Below, piece after piece: positions 27,601 through 36,679 of a DNA stretch of 64,000 nucleotides. The stretch covers positions 2,914,001 through 2,978,000 of the forward strand of contig JBHGNT010000010.1 of assembly GCA_043228905.1 (NCBI GenBank), given 5' to 3'. Every line of letters begins with the position of its first letter. Position 1 is the first letter of the stretch. Under the pieces are notes generated by a model. The model was not told where the DNA came from, did not search any database, and worked only from the letters and a program-made list of their open reading frames with translations. This stretch comes from Azolla caroliniana (taxonomy: Eukaryota; Plantae; Polypodiophyta). The position numbers and the translations under genes were made by a program.

Positions 27601-28877
27601 ACCATTCCTTGTCCGTTAGATCTCGGTCAGGAAGGTCTTCGCCTCCAGTAGCGGCGACAAGTTTCTTTTGGCTTACATCACTATGTGGCTGAGATTTTGT
27701 CTCTTCGTTAAAGAGAAGCTTCTTTCCTCTCTTCATGGTCTCCGGAGTTACCTTGGTCTGGGCTTCGATTGGAGAACCTTGTATGCGAAGCTTAATTTTC
27801 TTCACGGGTCAGTCTGACAGGTTCTCAAACGACCTATTTAAAAAAGTATATGCAAAAACATAAGTTAGACAGTCACGTAGATTGAAGTTGTTATTATAAT
27901 GAAGAACAGTTTCCAAGAGCAGTAACATATTCAAAAATCTATTATAGGCAGGGCTATTCAACCTAGAAAATATATATCGTAATAAGTAAAACGGGTTATA
28001 TATTCTTTTAAATAGTAGGTATGACTTATATAGATTCTAAACCTATATTGAGGAGAATTTGCCATAGTGAAGGCAATTTGTAGATCATTTTCTACTATTT
28101 TAAGCTAAAGTAGGTCATAAAACACCTATAATTAGAGCATGTATTTGTTTAAAAGTAAGTAAAGTCAACATAAAAAAGACTGATTTTGCCAGACAATTTG
28201 ATATCATTTCCACCCCGTAAACGATTTTTCTCTCTCAAAGGCTACACTTTAAACACGAACTCGATACGGCGTATCGAGTTCGTGTTTAAAGTGTAGGTTT
28301 TAAACACGAACTCGATACGGCGTATCGAGTTCGTGTTTAAAGTATAGGTTTTAAACACGAACTCGATACGCCGTATCGAGTTCGTGTTTAAAATTCAAAC
28401 TTTAAACACGAACTCGATACGGCGTATCGAGTTCGTGTTTAAAATTCAAACTTTAAACACGAACTCGATACGGCGTATCGAGTTCGTGAAAGTAAACACG
28501 AACTCGATACGGCGTATCGAGTTCGTGAAAGTAAACACGAACTCGATACGGCGTATCGAGTTCGTGAAAGTAAACACGAACTCGATACGCCGTATCGAGT
28601 TCGTGTTTAAAGTTTGAATTTTAAACACGAACTCGATACGCCGTATCGAGTTCGTGTTTAAAGTATAGGTTTTAAACACGAACAACCTATACTTTAAACA
28701 CGAACTCGATAAACACGAACTCGATACGCCGTATCGAGTTCGTGTTTAAAACCTACACTTTAAACATGAACTCAATACGCCGTATCGAGTTCTTGAGAAA
28801 CGAAACATATTTACAAAAATGTCCACAGTGTCAGAGGCCTACCTGGACTCCTCGCGCTCGATTCTCTTGGAAGACAT
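24610..28877 (-). CDS. Spliced gene for a ParB/Srx-like domain + beta-class N6-adenine/N4-cytosine DNA methyltransferase fusion (~974 aa; two in-frame stops in this copy)
   Basis: Six GT-AG exons in consistent phase: 28877-28843, 27833-26196, 26119-25981, 25897-25431, 25343-25051, 24962-24610 (2925 nt). MTase motifs: 'VCGDVIDLI..LMIADIPYG' (motif IV), 'WIKTN', 'NPYQKPQRLMMRLIEMFS' and 'WILDLFSGTGTT...ALEKD' (motif I). ParB-like segment: 'LEIREP..HVQNLKKKM..PFIVMVDP..YFVIGGSHSAEA'. Stops: TGA 27809-27811 and TAG 24844-24846. Confidence 0.85.
28248..28795. repeat. Array of 37-bp palindromes AAACACGAACTCGATACG-(G/C)-CGTATCGAGTTCGTGTTT inside intron 1 of the MTase gene
   Basis: Units start at 28251, 28302, 28353, 28404, 28455, 28494, 28533, 28572, 28623 and 28711, with a degenerate copy at 28762 and half-sites at 28674 and 28696. 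The copies at 28455-28533 lack the terminal TTT. Periods are 51 or 39 bp. Confidence 0.95.
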
Positions 28878-28917
28878 GGTTGATCGTGTTGAAGTGGAGG
28901 CGGAGATCGCGCTTTCG

Positions 28918-28994
28918 TGCTTTGTGCTCTGAGTGCTCTGTGTGCTCTCTGCGTTCTGTGTGCTCTGTACGCTCTGTACGCTCTGTACGCTCTG
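28918..28994. repeat. 9-bp tandem repeat (GTGCTCTGT/GTACGCTCT variants) in the putative 5' UTR of the MTase gene
   Basis: About 8 imperfect copies between the TATA box and the ATG at 28877. Confidence 0.75.
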
Positions 28995-29018
28995 GTGAGT
29001 GAAATATGATGAGGTCTT

Positions 29019-29430
29019 CCTATTTATAGGGATTGAACCCATGGTTAAAGTAACCATAGTCACCTTAACCAATGTTGGTAACTTTGAGGATAGTTAGTTT
29101 GTAACCATAGTCACATTAACTATAGTAACTTATGATTGTATTAATGATTACAAAGTCAAACTAACATATTGATCAATCTTTTATACTCATAACAACCTAC
29201 AATCACTTCAAAGGTTATGAAGGAGACAATGATAGAGGTTCATGAATGTACCAATGATTGATTACTAAAAGCAACAATTTTTATGACTCTCAAATGTTAT
29301 GTATTAAAGATGTGGGCATGAATTAACCAATGATTGATAAGTCTAATATTTAAAATGGTGAGCATTAAAGAACCAATGAGTGAGACGTTCTATATCAAAA
29401 TGGGTGTCATTAATTAGCCAATGATTTTAA
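29019..29430. promoter_or_regulatory. Divergent promoter region: TATA box for the MTase gene and five CCAATG motifs
   Basis: Minus-strand CCTATAAATAG at ~29020-29030, ~145 bp upstream of the ATG at 28877. CCAATG on the plus strand at 29069, 29251, 29327, 29373 and 29418. Confidence 0.55.
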
Positions 29431-29699
29431 CATTAATCCAACATATTCAAGGCTTGTTAATGATTAGTTTTATATTTTACTTGACATAACATCATTTAGA
29501 TCTAGTTTATATAATGATTGATAATTTAAGTTAAATTACTTTATTAAAAATAATTTTTAGATGTATTGTGTTAATAGAATATTACATAATATAGACATTC
29601 TATTGATTTGGCTTTTGTTTAGAGAGAAGTTTATGTTTAGGGAGGAGTATATGGTTAGAGAGGAGTATAACTTAGAGAGCCCTATCTAGACCTTAAGCC

Positions 29700-32480
29700 A
29701 TGAGTGAAGATTCACCGTTCTCGATTGAAGAATATTGTTTGTCATCAGACCCATCGTTTTCTACTGAAGAGTATTGTTTGTCAACAGAGTCACCATATTC
29801 GATTGAAGAATATTGTCTGTCGACCGACTCACCATATTCTATCGAAGAATATTGTCTGAGCTCATCTACAGGGAATGTAAATAATGACACATGTGAAGAG
29901 TTCTCTATTGAAGAATACGATATTAATAAAGATACCGAGAATGAAGGAAGTGCCCAAGAAACATTGAATAACATTGGCGATGGTCAGAACAGAGAATTAG
30001 ACTGTAACAAGGTTACACCAACCTCTATGCAGGAAGAGAAATCTGGGAGCCCTATGCATATTAGAAGAATCCCACGAAGAATTCGTCTGGCTAGATTTAG
30101 CTTGGTGACATCAGATAAACAGATTGGATTTGATGTCAACAAAATATGTTGTGCCCGTGGTTGTATGTCTATGATTGGAAAATCAAAGTTGCGAGAATTA
30201 AGGCGATACTATTTTTCGATGACCGGTGATGAGCAAGACACTTACCTCGGATCACATATGCAACTAGTATCTGACAAATGTACGGGGATCAAAGTATCAT
30301 TCGAGTATTATATCTTCCATGCGCAACAGATATGTAGAGTTGCATTCAAAATTGTGTTATGTGTTAGTAACATGCGGCTACATAGAGTACAACAACGTCT
30401 ACTTAGCGGGGATCAGATGCTCAATTGTAAAGAGGTTCCAAGTATGAAAGGTGCAATTGGAAGACTAGCTATTGGCTGGATGAAAACTTACTTTCAGTTA
30501 AATTGTGAAGTAATGCCCACTACAGGTAGGATGCATCTTTCTGATAATTATACCCGTCGGGAAGTTTATGATGTCTATCGATCTGAAATGCTGGGCTCAC
30601 GTAATAAGTCTATCACCTATAGCCAATTCACAAGATTATGGAGAGCTCGGTTTTCAAATGTTATTATTCCTCGTAAAGTACGTATGGGTTATTGCTCCAT
30701 TTGTGCAAATCTTAAGAGTTTGGCTAAAGGTGCAAAGACATCAATGGAAAAGGATACGAGTAAGAAGTTACTACAAGAGCATCGTGAGGCACAATCCTTA
30801 GAACGAAGGAAGGCGATGCATCATAGAGAGAAGTGTTTGAAGAGGCCTGAACAATACATGTGCTTAATGATAGATGGCATGGACCAGAAGAAGACATGCT
30901 TGCCGCATATGCGGAGGCTCCCCAAAGATGTCAATGATGAGTGTCTTGTTCAAATGCACTTGGTGGGATGCTTGGCTTATAATAGTTCTGTTCGACCTCA
31001 CGTCTTCATTACTTACCCCAATGTTCACAATGACCCTAACCTAACAGTTACAGTGATTCACCGAGTTTTGATGTCTTGGGGACAACCTTTCCCCCCTGTT
31101 CTATACATTCAATTGGACAATACTGCTAGAGAGAACAAAAATTCAACTGTATTTGGCTATCTAAGTATGTTGGTCAACCTAGAATTGTTTAGGAAAGTGA
31201 AAGTCAATTTCCTTTTGGTTGGCCACACACATGACCATATAGATCAGATGTTTAGCACATTCTCCAGACAGTTGTCTCGGCATGATGCTTTCACTTTACC
31301 TAAACTATTTGATGTCATTTGTGATGCATATACACCACGCCCAAAAGTGTTACACTTGAAGGAGGTATATGACTTTAAGAGATATATATTAGATGGGGGT
31401 GGTGGGAATGTTAAAGTGCTTGCTCAGTTAAACAATATAAGTTTCAATCACATTTTTTTGATAAAGAAAAATGGAATAAGTGGTTCTACACTTTTGTATG
31501 CTAAACAATATTCATCTTCTACAACATGGGAACCTGAAGGTGGTTGCCAGTTATTACTTTGTATGCCGAGTACAATTGTCCATGGAGCTAAGCAAATGCC
31601 AATTGAGAAGAAAGGACAGTTGCAGAGCGACTTGGTATTAGAACAAAAACGGTCATGGCTCCAAGCCTTAGAAGAAAAAAGAAAACATATTGAGGCCGCC
31701 AAGAAATATGCCGCACAACAAGACACGTCATGGTGGGATGTATTTTATAGTGATCAGAAAGAAATTATAGACAATTGTGTATCTGTTGATAATTGGAATT
31801 TGGAAACGCCATTCACATGGTCGCTGCAACATGATCGCGTAAATAGAAGTCCGGAGCGACTAGTAAATGCGATTAATGACAGCTTGGTCCATCCACAACA
31901 AAGAGACATTTATGTGGGACCAAGGATGACCAAAGCAGCCGAAGCTAGATGGCAAGGAAATTTGCAAGAGCTCACCGCAGGGATGTTGATTGCAACGCCG
32001 GCTGATGAGAACTCACATGACCACCAATTTTGGGTTGGTAAAATTCTAGAAGTGCTAATGCATGAAATAGATAACACGATCAAGTCTATAAATGTTCATT
32101 GGTACAACACTAGAAGTGCAAATGCTTTTACAGGTAAGTATACATTGGAGATGATTGAATGCCAAACAAGAAGGGGAGGTAGGAAGAGGAAGCGAAACAT
32201 TCGTAACACCTCGACCCTTGATATCTCTGATGTGGATATCATCGTGTACGACTTCACACTTACAAAAGCCGGACGATTAAGGAAGTCAACAATAGATATA
32301 ATAAAAGAAAAATTACCAGGTCTACAAGGTGGCTCGAGTCAAAGGCAAACGAGATCTGCTACATATAATCTAGAGTCAAACCATTTGGTTTATGACGAAG
32401 ATAATGCATTGATTGGTACATCCGAGGATGATGAGGAGGAATCGTCATTGTATATTAGTTATAGTAGTGATTCTCCGTAA
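29700..32480 (+). CDS. DDE/D-type transposase (Sola-like / DUF7869-type), 926 aa, intact ORF
   Basis: Cys/His motifs (CCARGC, CRVAF, CSIC..EH). Catalytic-like blocks 'MIDGMDQKKT.LPH', 'LYIQLDNTARENKN' and 'FLLVGHTHDHIDQMFS'. C-terminal beta-barrel-like 'FWVGKI..VHWY'. Lies between TIRs with a 4-bp TSD. Confidence 0.8.
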   Translation: MSEDSPFSIEEYCLSSDPSFSTEEYCLSTESPYSIEEYCLSTDSPYSIEEYCLSSSTGNVNNDTCEEFSIEEYDINKDTENEGSAQETLNNIGDGQNRELDCNKVTPTSMQEEKSGSPMHIRRIPRRIRLARFSLVTSDKQIGFDVNKICCARGCMSMIGKSKLRELRRYYFSMTGDEQDTYLGSHMQLVSDKCTGIKVSFEYYIFHAQQICRVAFKIVLCVSNMRLHRVQQRLLSGDQMLNCKEVPSMKGAIGRLAIGWMKTYFQLNCEVMPTTGRMHLSDNYTRREVYDVYRSEMLGSRNKSITYSQFTRLWRARFSNVIIPRKVRMGYCSICANLKSLAKGAKTSMEKDTSKKLLQEHREAQSLERRKAMHHREKCLKRPEQYMCLMIDGMDQKKTCLPHMRRLPKDVNDECLVQMHLVGCLAYNSSVRPHVFITYPNVHNDPNLTVTVIHRVLMSWGQPFPPVLYIQLDNTARENKNSTVFGYLSMLVNLELFRKVKVNFLLVGHTHDHIDQMFSTFSRQLSRHDAFTLPKLFDVICDAYTPRPKVLHLKEVYDFKRYILDGGGGNVKVLAQLNNISFNHIFLIKKNGISGSTLLYAKQYSSSTTWEPEGGCQLLLCMPSTIVHGAKQMPIEKKGQLQSDLVLEQKRSWLQALEEKRKHIEAAKKYAAQQDTSWWDVFYSDQKEIIDNCVSVDNWNLETPFTWSLQHDRVNRSPERLVNAINDSLVHPQQRDIYVGPRMTKAAEARWQGNLQELTAGMLIATPADENSHDHQFWVGKILEVLMHEIDNTIKSINVHWYNTRSANAFTGKYTLEMIECQTRRGGRKRKRNIRNTSTLDISDVDIIVYDFTLTKAGRLRKSTIDIIKEKLPGLQGGSSQRQTRSATYNLESNHLVYDEDNALIGTSEDDEEESSLYISYSSDSP
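29703..29862 (+). repeat. 39-bp (13-aa) coding tandem repeat, 4 copies, at the transposase N-terminus
   Basis: SEDSPFSIEEYCL / SSDPSFSTEEYCL / STESPYSIEEYCL / STDSPYSIEEYCL. Confidence 0.9.
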
Positions 32481-32802
32481 AGGAGTGATCATGAATGTAT
32501 ATTTGGCTATTAAGTGTAACTACATTCCGCTTGTAACAAATCGAGTAATATAAAATCATGTGTTTTGAATTCTTATGATTTCCCAAAAATCGTTTCTTAT
32601 AAAATAACATTGGTTGTAAAGTTTGTGATATAAATTGAGAATGTATGTTTTTGAAATTCGTCTTTTTTTAGTTACTTCTAAATCACGAAAATAGTGGATT
32701 TTTAACCTTTTTCATAGTATGTTTGAACTTGTATGATACTAGTATCAATGTGTTTTGTAAAATCATTGAAAAACCCCTAAAATTTCCCTTCTCCTTCCAT
32801 TT

Positions 32803-32838
32803 ATGCGCGATCCTTCCACTTGTGAACGCGAACGTGTT
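32803..32838 (-). repeat. Right terminal inverted repeat
   Basis: ATGCGCGATCCTTCCACTTGTGAACGCGAACGTGTT followed by TSD AACC. Confidence 0.92.
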
Positions 32839-33990
32839 AACCTATGCATCATCATTCGACTCCAAACACCTTGCATTGGTAACATAGCTCTACACACAAA
32901 TTTAGAAAGCAAAACCTTACACTGTGCTCCTAGATCCACCAGCCCCAACCCACCATTTTGTCGCGGAGCAATCAATACTGCCCATGCAACTTTAGGCCTT
33001 TTACCTTGACCTGTTTTTCCTCCCCAAATGTAATTACGAATGAGGCGTTGCACCTGTAAAATACATGATCTAGCAAACAATGTAGTTGAAGCAATATACC
33101 AAATAGTAGCTAAAAGGACTTGGTTAGCTACAAGTACACGACTTGCAAGTGACAAGTTACCCCTGAATCCCAAAGCAACAAATTTCTCTTTAATTTTACA
33201 AGTAGAGGAGCAACTAACATATTTGCAGTAACATGAAGTCCCACTTGACAGCCTAAGTAACGAGTAGTGGTTCCATTAGGAACCCACTTGAATTCCTGCG
33301 AAGGCATCCAAGTAGGCAAGGAATTTTGTGATACCCAAAAGCCAAGAGATTTATCCCAATTTATCTTTGCTCCAGAGGCCAAACATAATTCCTCCACTAC
33401 TTCTTGCAATTTACTTATTTTTTCATATTACCTTGAACATAAATTGCAGTATCATCTGCAAATTTTGCATCCAACATTTGTTGTTGCATGGCAGGCAAAG
33501 GCAAACCCTTTAGAGAAACTTGAGAGGAGTTAAAATACATTGAGAATGTTTCCATTACTAGCAAAAACAAGAATGGGGCCAATGGACAACCTTGACGTAC
33601 AGAACGCGAAATAGAAAATTTTCTAGTTTGCCCACCGACGACCAAGACTGAACTAAAGGCCTCATGATACAAGGAAGCTACAACCCTAATCCATTGAGCA
33701 GGAAAACCTAATCTCAAAACGAACCTTAGATGAAGTCCCAATCAACTCTGTTATATGCCTTCTCAAAATCTAATAAAAGTACCACAAGATCTTCTTTATT
33801 TTTCATTGTCATCCCTGTTAATTCCCAAAACAGAAAAACATTGTAAAAAATACTATGTTCTTGCATAAATCCCGTCTGTGAATCATGCACAATCTCTGGA
33901 AGAAAGGGTTGTAATCTCAAAGCCAATAACTTAGCATAGATTTTGTAAATTGTATTCAATAAAGTAATGGGCAGGGCATCTTGAGTTAAA
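32839..33990 (-). mobile_element. 5'-truncated L1-type LINE, reverse transcriptase half
   Basis: Motifs 'PITLLNTIYKIYAK', 'LLDFEKAYNRVDW', 'SVRQGCPLAP', 'FADDT', 'YLG' and 'GGLGL', with frameshifts. Confidence 0.9.
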
Positions 33991-36639
33991 CTAAGAACAC
34001 GACTAATCATTGCACTAAGTACAAATAAGTGTTTGTCTTAATTAAATAGATAATTGCTAAATAATAAACATAAGATGTGTCTCAATTAAGTAGATTATTG
34101 CTAAGTAAACCAATATTGCCTGATAAAGGTTGAATCATCACAAATTATAATATGAGTATGTTTATCGTATATGTTTGTCCTACAACCAATATTGTAGAGT
34201 GGAAGTATTATACCTCATTGGGATATTAAAACTAAAAAACCATGGCAATTATATTTAGTAATGTAAATTCTACAAGTCTATTGTAAGACTAATAGATGTG
34301 AATAAGACCATATATCACAAATGGATTGTTGGCTATAGGGGGGGGGGTTTCTAGATAAGTTGCGTAATTTAAAACTTTTTACTATGATGCATATACTTGT
34401 TAACTATTTTCCAAGCATGAATTTCATAACATTATTGTCGTAATGTTACCTCTTTCGAAACATGTTCATGACATAGAATTTATGTACTTGTGGACAAACA
34501 TAATCACGACATGAAATCTATTGCGTACTTCCATTTTGTTTCCTAAGCACGAAAGGCATATTGTTGTTTGACGATAGTATTATATATTAAAATGATATCA
34601 CGTTGTGCTTTAAACATGCAATGACATATTAGAATACAAATTAAGTCTTTGTTCCCCAATTTTGATTATTGGAAATATGAGAACAAATGCACTTTATTTC
34701 CTTTTGTACGGGATAATGTTGTGCTCAAAGCCTAAAGGTGTTACAAATGTTATCTAGAAAAGTTAACATATAGAAATCATCTCAACATGGTTACATGGTA
34801 CATCCATGTAGTCCATGATTCATATGTCTCATCTAATGGAGCTACTATTTGTATTGCAAAATCTCAACCCTTGTATTCCCTTGCTCACACCATTTGAATT
34901 GAAGAGGCATGCCATGCCTAAACTTAAAGAACTCAAAATCTTAAAGTAAAACAATATATATGACGTTCAATATGCAATGAACGTCATATATATTGTTAAG
35001 GAGACATGCCTAAATTTCAGAAACTCAAAATCTTAAAGTAAAACTATATATATGACGTTCAATATGCGATGAAGCATAATGCTATAAAGTAAAAACATCG
35101 AATTATATGACATGGGTCCAACCCAACATTATGCATATGTTATATGTGTCATAGTCAAAGTTTTGTGATCACGAAAAGTTATATATGTGGAAAGAATTAA
35201 AATTTGCAATTTGAATGAGTAAATTGTAAAAAAATCGGGTTCTTGATTCTTGAGTTATTCTTCCTTGGTATGGCCACTTGGAAACAAGTTTAGTTTAAGT
35301 GAAGGTTTGTTGTCAAATTGAAACATGCAAATCCTTAGACTGAGACACAATGCCAATAGGCTAGAAATGGTTGGAGAAATGACAATAAAAATGACACCCT
35401 CATCAATCATTATGTCACAAGTGTTGTAATGTATTTATGTATGCTCAAGTATTGTCTTAACGAGTATAACTAAAACTTGTATATTAAATGTAGGAAAATT
35501 GTATGCATTATGTAAAAATTTCTATGAAACCAATCATCATGATTTGTAAGAATTCAAATACTTTGTTTAAGTAAAATTACTTCTAGCTAAAACATTGTCT
35601 AAGTTTATTTCTTTATGGCAAAAACAAAATGAACTAGCAAGAGTAAGATAATGACCATGTGGTTATCTATAACTAGTGGACCCATACAAGCCACACACTA
35701 TTCACAAACATGTGAACATATCATCTTACACTAAAGTTCATGAAATTAGGTTAGTTGAAGTGAAAATAAAAGGAATTGGTCTTATAAGAAATGGCATTCT
35801 AGGTTTGGTTATACAATATTAATAGCCCATGAAGCTTCATATATGTATTTGCTGATCATGTACGAGGTGATACAATATTTTTCCATTGGATCTAATTTTA
35901 GGCAATATGGACCATTTCAAAGCCTTGAAATCATGTGGTATTTTTGTCAACGGCCTTTGGTTCATTTATTTGAGTATTCTTTGAGACGATCTCTTTATGA
36001 CAAATCTATATTGTTTGTAGAAATACCTCTACAAATATTTCGACGTTATCTTTGATGACCAATGTTTATTTCTGTGGGGTCTAACCTCAAAACAAGGTGT
36101 TCCATAAAAAAACATAATGAAAGAGTTTCGAAAAGAAGACGACTATACTAGTCCATGGATCGCCAACATCCTTATATTAATGTAAGGTTTTTGCGGTGTC
36201 GAGTTGGACTGTCTAAGGGTTCAGGGGAAGGGCAAGCATTTAGGTGATACCTAGAACCTAAGCGAAACTGGGGAAAGAGAGAATTTCTCTCTTAAAATTT
36301 CTCGCCAGCTAGCCAAGAAGGGGTACGCGGGTGTGTTCAGACATTGATCTGAGACTGTTATGTGATGGATGGGTTACGATGAGACAGGGTGTGGATGCAT
36401 GGGTCATGGTGGGACAAGGTGTGACCGGTGGGCAGGCGGGCAGATGGCCGCCCAGAATCTGAGAGCCGGACTGTCCGACCCGCATGATGGGCCAAATCTG
36501 GTCTTAGAAGACGTTAATACATATATATATCTTTCTTTCTTTCTTTCTTTCTCTGGGGCCTCTCTTCTTCACAACGCGTGTGACTCCCCACTAATTTTTT
36601 CTCTCTTGATTCTTTACTTCGTGTTTTGTTTGTTCCGGA

Positions 36640-36679
36640 GAAGACGAAGAAGAAGAAGAAGAAGAAGAAGAAGAAGAGA
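36640..36679. repeat. (GAA)n microsatellite near the probable 5' end of the SABRE-like gene
   Basis: Direct reading. Lies downstream of a TATA-like run at ~36520 and upstream of a candidate 5'-UTR donor CCAG|GTACTC at ~37052. Confidence 0.8.

Larger units (their letters stand above)
23564..32838. mobile_element. 9,275-bp TIR DNA transposon (Sola/DUF7869-like) carrying a ParB-like/DNA methyltransferase cargo gene
   Basis: 36-bp TIRs AACACGTTCGCGTTCACAAGT(T/G)GAAGGAT(T/C)GCGCAT at 23564-23599 and 32803-32838 (2 mismatches). 4-bp TSD AACC (23560-23563, 32839-32842). Removing the element and one TSD restores the LINE frame M-H-R-L-S-T. Confidence 0.9.

Noticed and set aside
28384-28685. ORFs 28384-28617 (+) and 28446-28685 (-) with NTNSIRRIEFV repeats
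   Set aside because: By-products of the palindrome array (periods divisible by 3, same peptide on both strands); they lie inside a predicted intron.
28248-28795. CRISPR array
   Set aside because: Spacers are only 5-14 bp and are reused, also in inverted form. There are no cas genes and the context is a eukaryotic intron.
32763-32838. LINE ORF tail 'TRSRSQVEGSRING...' and a 3-bp TSD TCC
   Set aside because: This is read-through into the right TIR. The 36-bp inverted repeat and the AACC duplication define better boundaries.
23564-32838. Bacterial contamination or prophage as the source of the ParB-MTase gene
   Set aside because: The gene has five spliceosomal introns and a TATA box, and sits in a TSD-flanked insertion within a plant LINE.
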